Shown: positions 18,345-30,800, counted from the first letter of the stretch. The stretch is DNA of 64,000 bases from an uncultured Gammaproteobacteria bacterium (GCA_964609095.1 CAZSQN010000002.1:152066-216065); one strand, 5' to 3'. Translations and numbers: made by a program. Notes: a model not told the origin generated them from the letters alone.

Positions 18345-20734
18345 GCCATAAATGTCGGATTCTTGCGGACATTTCTATCGGGATATGCGCGATAAATCGC
18401 GGCTATAATCTCCCGCGCCTTTTCCCGCTCGCCGCGATTTAAAAATATTCTGCTTAGCAAAACAGAAGTGTATGGTTCAGATTTAACCTGCGCCGCGTAA
18501 CGTTCCACCCACGATGGATCTTTTACCGGATTGCCGGTTTTGTCCGCCAAATTCATAAACAAAACCATTTGCTCGTAAATAACCGGAGTAAAACCGCCGT
18601 CTAAAGATTTTTTCATTGCCTTATAAGCGGCCGAATCGTCGCCTTTAGCGGCCAATCCGATTCCTTCCCACCACAATGCTTCAACCTCGTCATTGTTTTG
18701 CCTTGCCAACGAAATATAAAGCTCCATCTCCTGCGGCATCCAGAGCGCAAACGGCGAACCGTAATCGTAACGGAGCGCGCTTCGCATTTCCTTATACGCG
18801 TCTTTGGGAAAATTCGCCCTGGCAAGCGCTTCGCCGTAGCGCCAGCGCGCTTCGGGCACGCGCTCATATAATTCCACCGCCTGCCTGCCCAGCTCTACTG
18901 CGTTTTCCGTCTGGCCTTTAATCAAGTAAAGCCGCATCAAAGTAAAATAAATCTGCTGCCGCTTGGGAGAAAGCTCTTTGGCTTTAAGCAAGGACTCTTC
19001 CGCTTCAAGATAATATGAGGGACCCAGAACCGAGGCCATCAACATGCTCCAGCGCGCCAAATTCATCATATAATAAGTATCGTTCTGGTGCGCCGCCGAG
19101 CTTTTTTTATACTCGCCATAAACATCATTAATCATCTTTTCGGCGTCGCCGCGGCTCAAATTTGACGCACCCTGGAGAATGGCCACGACCAATTTGGAAA
19201 GTTCGTCGCGGCTTTCCTGCCGGTAAGGGCTTGGTTTTTGAAGCGCGTCATAAATTTTGTCGTAAGAGGCCCGCGGATTTTGCGCAAAATTAACGCCGGC
19301 GGAGATGGTCGCGGCCGAAACGGAAAAAGGAATAACATTTATAAAAATTGACAAAATCAGCAGACCCAAGGCGCCGCCCATGGCCATGGCAATGCGCGCG
19401 GGCGGCTCCAGCCGCAAAAAAGCCGGCTGCTTTTCTGATGCCTTTTTTGGAGCCGTATCTTGCGCCGCCAGAATATGGGCATAACCCAAAAAAGCATACA
19501 GCGTAATCCAAATGCCCAGGGTGTCAAAAGCGAAAAGATTCTGCACGAAATAACCGAGCAGAGCCGCGAGCATTACGGCGCTAGGCCATTTTTGCTCCGG
19601 ACGCCGGCTTTCGCGGAAAAATTCCCGCGCGGCAAAAACAAATACGGATAAATAAGCAGCCAGTCCCAAAATGCCGCTGTCATTAAGCTTGTCAATTAAA
19701 AAATTGTGAGAATGGTCCTGCCAGGTCTCGTAAGAGCCGTAAGCGTAAAATTTCGGATCATAATATCTGTTAAATCCGTAATAATAATTTTCCGGCCCCC
19801 AGCCCAAAATCGGCCTGTGCGCCCAAGCGCGAAGCCCGACTTTCCAATTCATCAGCCGCGTCTGGGCGGTATTGGTGCGCAGATTTAACTCGGCCACCTG
19901 ATGCAAAAATTTGCTGTTCTGCGCCAAGCGCGTGCCGGAAATTAAAAAAACAAAAGCGACTAAAACTAAGGGCAGCGCGGCCGCCGCCAAAGAAACGCGG
20001 GGGCGCGCCTTAAAATTTTTTGCCGCCCGGAAAAGAAAGATGAAAACAAGAGAAACGACGATGGCAATAAGCGCGCCTCTGGTCTTGGCCCAGGAAAAAG
20101 CGACGAATTCAAGTCCAAGCAATCCCAATAACGCCAATTTCAAACCGATTTTTTTCTCGCCGGCGATATACCACGCGAGCAGATACATCTGCATCAAAAG
20201 ATAAGCGGAAAGGTAAATGGCGTTTCCAAAAGTGCTGTAAATGCGCCCGCCTTTGGTTTCGTGAAGAAACGAGGGGGAAAAATATTGAATAAATCCTATA
20301 AGCGTCACCGCGGCTCCGGCAACAATGGCATAAGCAAATAATTTCCGCCATTCATCCTTTGTTCTGTAAATGCTTACGGCCATAAGCGCGAAAAGCGCCA
20401 CATGCGCGTACATAAAAAGCCCCATCATCCGCTCATGATTGCCCCAAAAACTGCGCAAAGGGTCAATGGAAAAAATAGTGGCGAACGTCTCTATAATCAA
20501 AAGAGCGATGATGGAAATAAGAATTTTGGTTTTCCGCGGACGATAAGCCGGGGCCGTCAGCATCAGATACAAATACGGAATCGCCAGCAGTTCCACTAAA
20601 AATCTGAAGGCCAGAGATTTCGGGAAAATAAAAGGAAATATCGTTGCCGAGGTATAGATAAGCGGAACAAAAAATACCAGCCCCACGCCAACGCGCAAAA
20701 ATTTAACTATGATTGTTTCTATTTTATTATTCAT
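18299..20734 (-). CDS. Wzy_C (O-antigen ligase/O-oligosaccharyltransferase-like) polytopic membrane protein with C-terminal TPR repeats, paralog 1
   Basis: About 12 TM helices, LGWGPENYYYGF and WQDHSHNFL motifs of the Wzy_C family, C-terminal TPR-like repeats. Its 3' end overlaps the convergent GT4 gene by 46 nt. Confidence 0.7.
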   Translation of the reverse strand: MNNKIETIIVKFLRVGVGLVFFVPLIYTSATIFPFIFPKSLAFRFLVELLAIPYLYLMLTAPAYRPRKTKILISIIALLIIETFATIFSIDPLRSFWGNHERMMGLFMYAHVALFALMAVSIYRTKDEWRKLFAYAIVAGAAVTLIGFIQYFSPSFLHETKGGRIYSTFGNAIYLSAYLLMQMYLLAWYIAGEKKIGLKLALLGLLGLEFVAFSWAKTRGALIAIVVSLVFIFLFRAAKNFKARPRVSLAAAALPLVLVAFVFLISGTRLAQNSKFLHQVAELNLRTNTAQTRLMNWKVGLRAWAHRPILGWGPENYYYGFNRYYDPKFYAYGSYETWQDHSHNFLIDKLNDSGILGLAAYLSVFVFAAREFFRESRRPEQKWPSAVMLAALLGYFVQNLFAFDTLGIWITLYAFLGYAHILAAQDTAPKKASEKQPAFLRLEPPARIAMAMGGALGLLILSIFINVIPFSVSAATISAGVNFAQNPRASYDKIYDALQKPSPYRQESRDELSKLVVAILQGASNLSRGDAEKMINDVYGEYKKSSAAHQNDTYYMMNLARWSMLMASVLGPSYYLEAEESLLKAKELSPKRQQIYFTLMRLYLIKGQTENAVELGRQAVELYERVPEARWRYGEALARANFPKDAYKEMRSALRYDYGSPFALWMPQEMELYISLARQNNDEVEALWWEGIGLAAKGDDSAAYKAMKKSLDGGFTPVIYEQMVLFMNLADKTGNPVKDPSWVERYAAQVKSEPYTSVLLSRIFLNRGEREKAREIIAAIYRAYPDRNVRKNPTFMAQISLLFDESERNFK

Positions 20735-23015
20735 TGTTGTTGTTTAATTTCTCATTTTCGCGGCGGCTGATTTCCTCCAAAAAAGCTTGCGCTTCGGCCG
20801 CGTAACTTGAATCCAAGCGAACCGCTTCCGCCGCGGCTTTCCGCGCCTTGCCAAATTCGCCAAGTTCAAGCTCAACTACGGCAAGCTGGCCAAAATAATT
20901 TACATCGTCATCTTCCAGCTTGATGTCGGCCAAAAGCAAAACGCGCAAAAGCTCATAATCGCGCTCTTGTGCCGCCAGATCAGCCGCGAACTTTCTTTCT
21001 TTGGAAAGAAGGGGCAGATAATTAAATTTGTCTTTATCAACCAAAACTCCGTCAATCAAATCGTAATCAATGGTTTTTAACTCTTTGCCCAAAAGCGCTT
21101 GCCGCCATTCGCGAAGCGCTTTGCCGTTTTCCCCATTATAAGCATAAGCAATGCCCAGCCGCCAGCGCGCTTGGCCGATGTCGGGATTAAAACTTATTGC
21201 TTTCTCCAACAGCGATACGGCTTCGCCTATTTGCCGTTTTAGATATTTTACCGACGCCAGCTGGAAAAAAAGCGCTTGCCGCCGAGGCGAGTATGGCTCG
21301 GCCGCCGCGTAGGCCTCTTCGGCGGCGTTAAGGTCCTCCGGACCGAAAAGGATCGCGCGCTCAAGATACAAATTTCCCAATTCATAGCGATAGGCAAAGT
21401 CGTTTGGCGCCTCATTGATGTTTTGTTTCATTTCCAAAATAGCGCGGTCCAATAAAACCCTGGCGTCTTCTTTAGTCATGGAATCCGCGTCTTCAAACAC
21501 TTTGTTGGCCAGCCGCAAACGAAAATCGCGGATTAAAGAGGGCTTAAAACCGCTTGCTTGCTCAAACAAAACCAGCCCTTCTCGCGCCGCAAGAGGCGGC
21601 AGCAGTTCAAAAGCAAACATTCTCTTGGCGGCTCGCGCGTTCGCGAGCGTGGGCGCAATGGCCAAAACGGCGAGAAGGCAGCCCAAAATCAAACCCGGAT
21701 AATAGCCCCCTTTTGGTTCTGCTTGTTTTTCCGTCTCTCCGCCGGCTGGCAGAGCATACGCGGAAGAAATATACGCCAAAACAAACATCAAATAAATCAA
21801 GCTGGTCGGCGAATCAAAAGCGAAAAAATTCTGCGCGGCATAAGCGGCAAGCAAAGAGGCCAGAATCGCGCCCTCATTTTTGCTTTGATTTTTATTCTTC
21901 ACGCTTTTGATGATGGCCAAAATCGCGGCGACAAAAATGCCCAGATAGGCCAAAAATCCCAGAACGCCGCCCATAACCAGCATATCCAAATAAGTATTAT
22001 GGCTTCTGTCAGACCATGTTTCCGACACGCCGAATTTGAGCAGAGCCGGGTCATATTCTTTGTCAAAAGCGTAATCAAAATTTTCCCAGCCCCAGCCCAA
22101 AGCTGGCCGCTCGCCAAAAGCGCGAAGCGCCGTGCCGTATATCAGCAATCTCTGATTTGAACTGGCTTCTTGCAGGCCAAGATTTGTAAAACGTCTGACC
22201 GTATTGATTGTCGTTTGGTTGCCGGCGGCGTAAAGAATAATAACTAACATCAGCATTGCCGCGACAATAGAACCGATTTTTAAAACCGCGGACTTGCGTC
22301 GCTCTTTCGGCTGCAAGATTGTGAAAGAAACAAGAGTGAAAAGCGCGCCGGCAAGAAATCCAAAAAACGCGCCGCGGCTCTGGGCAAAAAGCAAAGCGAC
22401 AAAAATCAAAATGGAGGAAGCCAAAAACAAAAAACGGTTTCTTTTCCGGGCGGATAAAAATAACTTGGCTGAAATAAAAAGCGGGAAAAGAAGATAACCG
22501 CCGTAAAATATGGGATTGCCCAAAGTTCCCCCGACGCGGCTGCCGCCTGTTCGCGCGTATTCCCCTATGCCCAACATGGCCATTAACACTCCGACGGCAA
22601 CAGCTAATAACAAAAGCTGTTTTTTTGCCGCCACAGAACGGCTAAAAGCGAAAAAAAAGATAAAATACGCGGCCAGATAATGAAAAAAATTAAAAAGCCC
22701 CAGAACGCGGTTGTCGCTTCCCCAAAAACTCTGATAAAAATCAATTCCCGTTATCGCCGTAATCGCCAAAACAGCGACAAAAATCAATAAAGCCGCCGCG
22801 ACGGGATTATTTCTTATGATTCGCTCGCGCCGGCGCCAAAAAAATACGGCTCCGAGCGCGGGCAAAAGCAGGGCGATAATAATCTGAATAATCACGGCCT
22901 TGCCCAAAACATCGGGATAAAGAACCCTTGGCAAGACATAAAACGGCGCGAGCAAAAGCAAACACGCTCCGACAAACGTTATTTTTTCTAAAATCTGATA
23001 TTTGGATTTTAACAT
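20727..23015 (-). CDS. Wzy_C + TPR membrane protein, paralog 2
   Basis: LGWGWENFDYAF, WSDRSHNTYL; same architecture as neighbours. Confidence 0.7.
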   Translation of the reverse strand: MLKSKYQILEKITFVGACLLLLAPFYVLPRVLYPDVLGKAVIIQIIIALLLPALGAVFFWRRRERIIRNNPVAAALLIFVAVLAITAITGIDFYQSFWGSDNRVLGLFNFFHYLAAYFIFFFAFSRSVAAKKQLLLLAVAVGVLMAMLGIGEYARTGGSRVGGTLGNPIFYGGYLLFPLFISAKLFLSARKRNRFLFLASSILIFVALLFAQSRGAFFGFLAGALFTLVSFTILQPKERRKSAVLKIGSIVAAMLMLVIILYAAGNQTTINTVRRFTNLGLQEASSNQRLLIYGTALRAFGERPALGWGWENFDYAFDKEYDPALLKFGVSETWSDRSHNTYLDMLVMGGVLGFLAYLGIFVAAILAIIKSVKNKNQSKNEGAILASLLAAYAAQNFFAFDSPTSLIYLMFVLAYISSAYALPAGGETEKQAEPKGGYYPGLILGCLLAVLAIAPTLANARAAKRMFAFELLPPLAAREGLVLFEQASGFKPSLIRDFRLRLANKVFEDADSMTKEDARVLLDRAILEMKQNINEAPNDFAYRYELGNLYLERAILFGPEDLNAAEEAYAAAEPYSPRRQALFFQLASVKYLKRQIGEAVSLLEKAISFNPDIGQARWRLGIAYAYNGENGKALREWRQALLGKELKTIDYDLIDGVLVDKDKFNYLPLLSKERKFAADLAAQERDYELLRVLLLADIKLEDDDVNYFGQLAVVELELGEFGKARKAAAEAVRLDSSYAAEAQAFLEEISRRENEKLNNNNE

Positions 23016-23021
23016 TTGGAT

Positions 23022-25256
23022 TTATTTGTTCTCCATCGTCTTCAAAAACAATTCCGCCTCGTCTCTGTAAGACGGGTCCAATTTTGCCGCCAAAAGCGCC
23101 TCTTCGCGCGCGTCCTCCCAGCGTCCGATTTCTTTGTAAACAACGGCTAATTGGGCGTGGATGTCGGCCCGCTCCGGCGCCGCCTCCAGCGCGGCTTCCA
23201 AATAAAGCTGGACTCCGAAATAATTTTTTTCTCTGGCCATTAAGGTGGCGAGAATCAAACGATTTTCAACCTCGTGCGGAATAAATTTTTTCCTTGCCGC
23301 TTCCAAAAGCTCTCTGTCCGCGCTAACAATATCTCCCGTTTCGCGTAGCATTGCCCCGTAATACCAATGCGCTTCCCCCACCTCCGGCTCCAATTCCACC
23401 ATCTTGCGGTAAATCTCCTTGGCGTCTGGAAGCCGCCCTTGCAACACCCGCAATTTAGCCAGGCCGAACCATGTTTGCTGGCGCTTGGGCGAAAGGGCAA
23501 TAGCCGCCTCAAATTCTTTCTCCGCTTCATCATTAAAAGACGGGTCATAGTTAAGCGCTTCAGTGTATAATCTGGCCAGCAGATAGTGATAATAAACGTG
23601 CAACGGGTGGCGGGCGATGTTTGCCTCAAGCGCGCGCCGGGCAAAATCAAAATAATCCTGAAACTGTTCCGGCGGTATTGATTTTTTGATTAAAACGCCC
23701 ACCACAATCTGCGCCGCCTGCGTCCGCGTTTCCTCCTTATATGGAGTCGGCAATTTTAACGCTTCGCGAAAAAGAGGAATGCTGCGAACATCGCTGTAAT
23801 CAGTCGCGTAAACAGTTGATTGCAGCATGGCGTCGGAGGCGACCATCGGCTGCCAGTTTAATTTGTAAATCATAATTCCAGACGCCAAAAGCAATATGGG
23901 GAGAAGAAATTTGGAGTTTTGAGTTTTGAGTTTTGAGTTTGTTTCGGATTTCGGGCTTCGGATTTCGGGTTTAAATTCTCCCATCTTCGAACTTCCAACT
24001 TCCGCCCTCTGGTTCACTCCGGAGAGCAAAAACAGAAACAGAAAAAATGAGGCGGGGGAATCAAAAGCAAACAGATTTTGGATAAAATACATCAGAAGCC
24101 CTATAGAAAAAATCCGGCCTGTCAAAGCGCCCCGCCAGAGCCGATAAAACGCGTAGCCCAAAAGCGTGAGATAGGAAATAAGTCCGAGAACTCCGGAATG
24201 AATCAATGTCTCCAAAACAATATTGTGCGGCCTGTCCCACCATGTTTCATAATATGAAAAGCGCAAAAGAGACGGATTGTAATACTGATTAAAGGCGATG
24301 GGAAAATTCTCCTGGCCCCAGCCCAAAAGAGGCCTCGCGGCAATGCCCTTAAGCGCGACCTGCCATCCCAAAAAACGGGTGGTAATAGTCACTTCTTTTA
24401 AGGAGGTGACGGAAAAACGCCGCAAAGCCGGAATTGACTGAAAAGAAACCGGACCTTTGCTTAAAGATAAAAACAAAGCCATTGCCAAAATAAAAACGCC
24501 GGAGGCAACCGCGGCTATTTTTAGCCGGCGCGAAATCCTTGTTAAAACAAGGGCAACAAGCGAAAATACCAAACCGGCTGCAAGAGCTATAAGCGCGCCG
24601 CGCGTCTTGGTGGCCAAAATCATAATGATAAAAAAAGCCGCGGCCAAAAAAGCAAACCATCGGCGCCATCCGCTTTTTCTAAAAGCCAAATACAAGGCAA
24701 ACGGCAGATACAGAATAAAGGCGGCGGCAAGAAAAATAGGATTACCCAAAGTGCCGGCAAGGCGAAATCCCAAATCAACGCCGAAAATAAGAATGTTCCA
24801 CAAGCGCAAAAGAGCGACAATGCCCAAGGCAATACCTCCAAGCACGGCAATAAAATACGCGCGCTCCTTCCATTTTTGCTCGCCAAAAACAGAACGCGCC
24901 ATTAAAAAAAATACAATCGCGTGCAGCTGGGTGATAAGTCCCATGCCTCTTTCTTCCGTTCCCCAAAAACTGCGCAGAGAGTCAACTCCTAATACTCCCG
25001 CCAAAACGCTCACGGCAAAATAAGCCAGTAAAAGTTTAGAGAGAGTGTCAAACTTCGGCCTGTATTCCGGCGCGCCGACTATCAAAACTATAAATAACGC
25101 CAAAAATAATTCAACCGTTGCTTGCAAAAAAACAATCTTGCCGAAAACAAACGGATAAATTGTCCAGGGGGTTACGGCAAGCGGCAGGAAAAAAATAACA
25201 AACAAAAGCCCCCAGCGCAAAATGCTCAAAATTAAATTTTGATTGGATTTTGTCAT
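23022..25256 (-). CDS. Wzy_C + TPR membrane protein, paralog 3
   Basis: LGWGQENFPIAF, WWDRPHNIVL; low-complexity linker encoded by short tandem DNA repeats around 23915-24000. Confidence 0.7.
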   Translation of the reverse strand: MTKSNQNLILSILRWGLLFVIFFLPLAVTPWTIYPFVFGKIVFLQATVELFLALFIVLIVGAPEYRPKFDTLSKLLLAYFAVSVLAGVLGVDSLRSFWGTEERGMGLITQLHAIVFFLMARSVFGEQKWKERAYFIAVLGGIALGIVALLRLWNILIFGVDLGFRLAGTLGNPIFLAAAFILYLPFALYLAFRKSGWRRWFAFLAAAFFIIMILATKTRGALIALAAGLVFSLVALVLTRISRRLKIAAVASGVFILAMALFLSLSKGPVSFQSIPALRRFSVTSLKEVTITTRFLGWQVALKGIAARPLLGWGQENFPIAFNQYYNPSLLRFSYYETWWDRPHNIVLETLIHSGVLGLISYLTLLGYAFYRLWRGALTGRIFSIGLLMYFIQNLFAFDSPASFFLFLFLLSGVNQRAEVGSSKMGEFKPEIRSPKSETNSKLKTQNSKFLLPILLLASGIMIYKLNWQPMVASDAMLQSTVYATDYSDVRSIPLFREALKLPTPYKEETRTQAAQIVVGVLIKKSIPPEQFQDYFDFARRALEANIARHPLHVYYHYLLARLYTEALNYDPSFNDEAEKEFEAAIALSPKRQQTWFGLAKLRVLQGRLPDAKEIYRKMVELEPEVGEAHWYYGAMLRETGDIVSADRELLEAARKKFIPHEVENRLILATLMAREKNYFGVQLYLEAALEAAPERADIHAQLAVVYKEIGRWEDAREEALLAAKLDPSYRDEAELFLKTMENK

Positions 25257-27494
25257 TGCCGGTTGGAAAGGTCCTCCACCGCGCCTATAAATTCTTCCAC
25301 ATCGGCGCGCCTTCCCGGATCAAGCGTAATTGCCTTAAACGCCTCGGCTCTGGCTTCGTCAAATCTGCCTACGCTGGCGTAAACCGCCGCCAGCCGCAGA
25401 TGCAGGCCCGCGTCATTTGGCTCGGCTAGAGAGAGCCGTTCCAAAATCGGAATTATTTTTTCATACTTCCCGCGCGAGGCGTAAAAATCAACCACAAAAT
25501 TAATGCGGCGGATAACGCTCGCGCGAACATCTTGAAGATTGGAAACATAATTAGTCGCCGCCGCCTTGTCAAAGGCCACTTCAGCCGCGTCATATTCTCC
25601 GGCGGCAACAAGCGCCATGCCATACATCCAATATGACTCGCCGTGCTCGGGATTGGCAAGCGACAGAGCTTTAGCGCGCGCCACCGCTTCCGCCGCATTC
25701 CCGCGAGCCAATTCCATTTGCACGCGCATAATGGCTGTTGTCTGCCTGCCGGGCGCCAGCGCTTCGGCGCGATTAAACATTTCTTCTGATTTTTGGAAAT
25801 ACGCGCCGTCAAGATATTCGCCGGCAAGAGAAAAAATCTGCGCCGAACGGTAAACAAGAGGATAAACTTGCGGATGCGCGTTGGCGGATTTCTCCAGATA
25901 AGCCGCAAACTCCGGAAGAATTGATTTGGTTACGGGAACCGGAATAACTCCGGCCGCGTCGCCTTTTAAGATATCATCGGCAAAAATCTTGGCAATCTCA
26001 TCGTGAAGCGCCGTTTGCGTCCGCAGAGCCGATAAAAAATCTTTTTTGAATTTTTCAAAATCCCGCTGTACAACGTCTTTTTCCGCGCGAATGGCGTAAT
26101 AAGAGGCCTTAACGGGCAAAATCGCTCCGGCCCAAAGGAGCCATAAAATAACAAAAAAACTTAAATACCGTCCGGCTCTTCCCAGAACAAAACCAGGTGC
26201 CGCGGCGCTTTGCTCCGAAAAAATTTGAACATCAATAAAGGCAAGCATGGCCGCAAAAAGAATAAGCGCGCCAAAAGTGTCAAAAAGAAAAAATCCCTGT
26301 CCCAAATAACCCATAAGCCCGCCGGCTAAAAGCCCGGCCTCGCTTATGGGAAGCTGGAAGCTGGAATCCGGAAGCTGGGATATTTTACGGCGGCAAATGA
26401 GCCAAATTGGAATTGCAAAAAGAGCGATAAAAGAAATAAGCCCGACAATGCCGCTACTGCCCGCGATTTCCAAAACAAGATTATGCGGCCGGTCTGACCA
26501 CGTTTCGGAATAAGAGTATTTTAACAATTCCGGCCGATAAAACCGCGAGAACATTATCTCATAATTTTCCGGTCCCCATCCCAGCAGAGGTCGCGCCTTA
26601 AATCCGTCCAGCGCGATTTGCCAGTTGATGATTCTGGTTTCGGCCGTTCCTTCGCGCAGGAGCGAGCCCAGCGCTTTTCCAGGCGCGCTCTCGCGGCCTA
26701 AACCAAAATAGATAAACAATGAAGCGGCAATAAGGACAATCGGCAAAACAACGCCGGCAATGCCTAAAATCCGCGCGAAACGCCGACGCGAAAAGATAAG
26801 CAAAATCAAACCGGTTGTGAGCGCGCCCAAAAACAGTCCCATTATGGCGCCGCGGCTTCCGGCGGCAAAAAGCGCCGCGGTTTCGGCAACAATAACAACC
26901 GTCAAAAAAATTTTAATCTTGCGGCCCCTCTCCCGAGAGAAAAGCAGGGCGGTGAAAAAAATAATTAAAACAAGATAGCCGGCAAAAAAGCTGGGATTGC
27001 CGAAAGAACCGAAAAACCAATCGCCCGAAGAGCCAAAAAGGCGCGAGCCGGCGCCGGTGAATTTTTGCGCAAAACCGATAATCGTTCCCAGGCCTCCGGA
27101 GACGGCTATCATTCGCAAAAATTGAAGCTGTTTGCCGCGGCTTAAAAGCGCCTGCCTTAAAAGCAGAAAAAACAAAAAAAGAAAAATAAAAAAAATCGTG
27201 CCGGTTCCGCGCATTTGGTCGCCCCAAAAACTTTTCTCCGGATTCTCTCCCAAAAAGCCGGTAAAAAGCCGGATTAAAATATAAGCGCCAAAAACATAAA
27301 AAACAGCCGTAATGTTTAATCTAAACCCGCTCCCGGAAAAAACAAAAACAAGAAAAGACAAACCAATGATTGTCTCAAAAATGGCTTCCTTGCCCGAGAG
27401 ATGGGGAAAAAGCACGCCCGGAGTAATAATAAGCGGCAGGAAAAATACGGCTAAAAGCGCGCCACGGATTGCTTTTTCAATTTTCTGCTGATTC
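25253..27494 (-). CDS. Wzy_C + TPR membrane protein, paralog 4
   Basis: LGWGPENYEIMF, WSDRPHNLVL. Start set at MNQQKIEK; the longer tool ORF extends into the MITE-like element. Confidence 0.7.
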
Positions 27495-27500
27495 ATAAAT

Positions 27501-27663
27501 ATAACTGATATTAGGTTTATGAAGAATTGTTTTATAAATTTAGCCAAAAATTTAGGTTTAAACTTTGCCAGTTATTTGTCATTCCCGCGAAAGCGGGAAT
27601 CTACGGGTTCAAATTCTGGATTCCCGCTTTCGCGGGAATGACATAAAAAACCCAATATCAGTT
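27501..27663. mobile_element. MITE-like 163-bp element, copy 1, 16-bp terminal inverted repeats AACTGATATTAGGTTT / AAACCCAATATCAGTT
   Basis: Seen directly. More than 95% identical to 37319-37478. Contains the palindromic core GTCATTCCCGCGAAAGCGGGAAT...ATTCCCGCTTTCGCGGGAATGAC (two GAAA/TTTC tetraloop hairpins). Lies 6 nt upstream of the start codon of the gene at 25253..27494. Confidence 0.75.
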
Positions 27664-27720
27664 ATGTCGGCATTTATAATATATTTTGTTAACCCGCTCG
27701 TCAATGGCTGATAGCCCAAA

Positions 27721-27756
27721 TTCAAACCCCCACGCCAATTATTGGCGTGGGGGTTT
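27721..27756. terminator. hairpin cccccacgccaat/attggcgtggggg followed by TTTT
   Basis: 13-bp stem plus T-tract on plus strand; lies downstream of the large surface-protein gene (minus) and could act bidirectionally. Confidence 0.4.
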
Positions 27757-27852
27757 TGCGAAGAAGCGTCTTTATCACGCCTCCCGGCATCCTGCTAAAT
27801 AATTAGTCCTTCGACTTTCACTCAGGACAAACCCTGAGCTATGCCGAATGGG

Positions 27853-30800
27853 TTAGTAGGAGAGCGTCTTACCGACAAGCGGCAAGCTGTCAACATCAGT
27901 CAGGTTGGTGATGTATTCATCAGACCACTGAACTGGCGACTGACCGCCGGTCGCGCCTGTCTGGATGCCCACCGACAAGGTGTCGTTGGCTCCAATGTCG
28001 CTGTTGGAAGTATCCAAAGTGACAATGACGGTGCGAGAGCTATTACCCGCGATTTCAAGGTCAGTGAGGTTTCCTTCAGTAAGCTGCGTGTCCTGGGCAA
28101 ATCCTCCGCCTGTGTGGTTCATCGTTGTGGTGGCAAGCAGGTTAGCCGCGTCAACTGTCTCTTTATAGATATTCATTACTGCTCTTGTGCCGCCAATCGG
28201 GAGCGAGATGCCGGATGAGTTCACATCAAGGTTCAACTGCTTCAAGGTGATAGTGTAACCGCCCGGACTGGTGTTAGTGAACACAAACTTGGCAACCGTT
28301 GCTTCAGAGCTCTTGGTCTGGAGTCCTGATGGAGCGTCAGAGGCGTGAGCAACCGTGAGCTTGGACTTGAGCACATCAAACACAACCGCTTTAGCTCCGC
28401 CGCCGGTAGTACCGGTTGTAGGACCGATTATCAAACCGGCAGTGGCTGTGGCTCCGCCTTGAGTAATCTTAATGCCCGAGCCCTTGCCTGTTGCTTCTAC
28501 CGCATCATTGAAGCCGGACGTCGCACAATCCCAGTCACCGGTTGAACCAACTGTTGCGTCGCCAGCGAGAGTTCTGCCGCATGGAGAACCTTCCGCAGCG
28601 CTGTCATGAACAGTGGTAGAAGCGCCACCCATCACAAAGAGACGGTGAGTAGAAGATGACTGTCCGCCGTCCGCAAATGGGGTAAGGTCAGCTTTAACCG
28701 TAAGGGTCAGGTTGCCTCCCTTTGGCACTATTAGTCCGCCGCCGGAAAGACCGGTAAGGTCAAATACCGCGAGCGGCACGCTGGTGTTGTAGGTTGTGGT
28801 ATCCAGCGAGGCAAGCGAGCCCAAAAGCGTTGAGCCGTTCCACAGCTTCACGTTCTTAAGAGTACCAGTGGAGTTAAACGGCACCGCGGTGTTAGTGGTC
28901 ATATCATCGGCAACCACAAGCTTGGTGACCAAGATGTCTTCAGCGTTGGACTCTTCAGCCAGTTTGAACTTGGCAAATACCTGTTCGGAAGAGCCAAGCG
29001 TTAGCTGGGAAGCGGCCGGATCGCCGGAAACAGAAGTCACGCGCAGCATTCCCTTAGTGGCAATGAAGAGATCCTGGAGCGAAACATCAGTGGTATAGCT
29101 TGTATCAGTTGAAGTGGTAACGCCGGTGGCAGTCACTTTGTCCGCGATAACTTCGCCGTTTACGTCATCAGTATTCACATTAGAAACAGCCGCCGTGGTG
29201 CTCTTAATGTCAGCATAGACATCAATAACTATTTGTTCACCAATGCCAACGCGAAGCGACGGCGATACGGTAAACTCGTAAGTTGTTGAGTCGGTGTCCG
29301 TAAGAGTGCCGACTGTTGTGCCGAGCTGGGTAGTGCCCTTCTTCAATTTCATATTGATGAAGTAGTCGGCAAGGGTCACAGTGTCGCTTGTTGTATCAAC
29401 GTCATCCTTCAAAGTAACGCCGGTGATATCCGATTCTTCAGCTCCGCCGGTAATGACAAACGAGCCAATGCGCACGCCGGTCAAGCCGGGCACGCCAAGA
29501 GGCCTGGCGGATGTGTAGCTGGCCAAGCTGGTATTCTTAGTGACAGTCAGAAGGCCAGAACCAACCGTTACTGTTCTGCCGGAAACCGCGGAAGTGCTAA
29601 TGGCCGTAAGCGAAGTGCGTCCTTTGGCGTTGGACGAACCAGCTACCAAAGCGGCGCTTAATGTTTCGCCGCCGGCAACTGTCGCGTCTGTCAAGTCAGC
29701 CCTGTATTCAAGCACTTTGGTTGTCCCGGCCGCAATGGTAAAGGTGTTGCCAAAGCTGAAGTCAGTGCCGGTTTCGCTCGTGTCATCGCAGTCATCAGTT
29801 GATTGCGTAGTGCCGACCTGCGAACCGCCAAGGGTAAGCTTGATGTTGTCAAGGTTGTTAGTGGTGTCAGAGCTGTTGCAGGAAGTGTCCAAAGTATCAA
29901 CTTGAACGTCTTCGCCGGCAGCAGTCAAATTCCACTTAGCCAAAAGCACATTGGTCGCTCCGTCAGGCACATTGCCGGCTGGAGCGTCCGGATGAATTTG
30001 GATGGTGAGCGAGCCAGTGTTGATGGTGGTCGCGCCTCCGGCTTGAGTTACGGTAAAAGCGGCGGAATCGCTGGCAAGCACGGTCTCAACATTGTAGTTG
30101 AGGTCCCAAGCCACAATATCGGTTGTGTTCTGCACCGAGAAGCGATAAGTGCGATTTGTTCCGCCTTTAATGTCGCCGCGAAGCGATAACTGCTTGGTTG
30201 TGCCCGAAAGCATCTTCAAGCCGCCATCAGCCATTCCGGAGAGATCAAGCGCAAGCTTGCCGTCGCCCAATTGCGCGGCTGTCGCGCCCAACTGCGTGGC
30301 GCCGTCCATCAGCTTGATGTTCTGAAGGTCGTCAGAATCAACCGAGCCAACATTGGTCAAGGTTACGCGCTTAACAAGCATGTTCTGGTCGTTGGCATCA
30401 AACTTAAAGCGCCAGAGCTCAAAGTTGTCTTGCGGGTCAACAGTTGTTGCCGCGCCCGGAGAAACGTTGGCAACTTCAACATAGCCAAGGTCAGTGACCG
30501 AAGCCACGGTGAATTGATTGCCGACTGCCGAGCCGGAAACCGATGAAGCGTCAGAAGTAACATCTGCCGAAGCCAAGCTCCAGGCAACTGTTTTTCCGGA
30601 AGTGGTGTTATTGTCAATATCCATCTTCAAGGTTACATCCTTTGAACCGCCAGCCGGAACAGTAAAGAGTCCGGAAGTATTTTCAAAGGTGGCTACCCCT
30701 TGAGAAAGCGACTGGTTTTGCGTCAGACGAGTGTCGCCGTCATAGAGGTAGAGCGCGTCAATGTCAGAATCGGCCGTAATGCCGGTCCTGCGAACCAAAA

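Noticed and set aside
21558-22160. 200-aa plus-strand ORF, and similar plus-strand ORFs at 24457..25023, 12773..13288, 9757..10191, 32186..32758
   Set aside because: All lie antisense within strongly supported minus-strand genes (Wzy_C paralogs, GT4, WecB, anti-sigma candidate) and have Arg/Lys/Gln-rich low-complexity translations.
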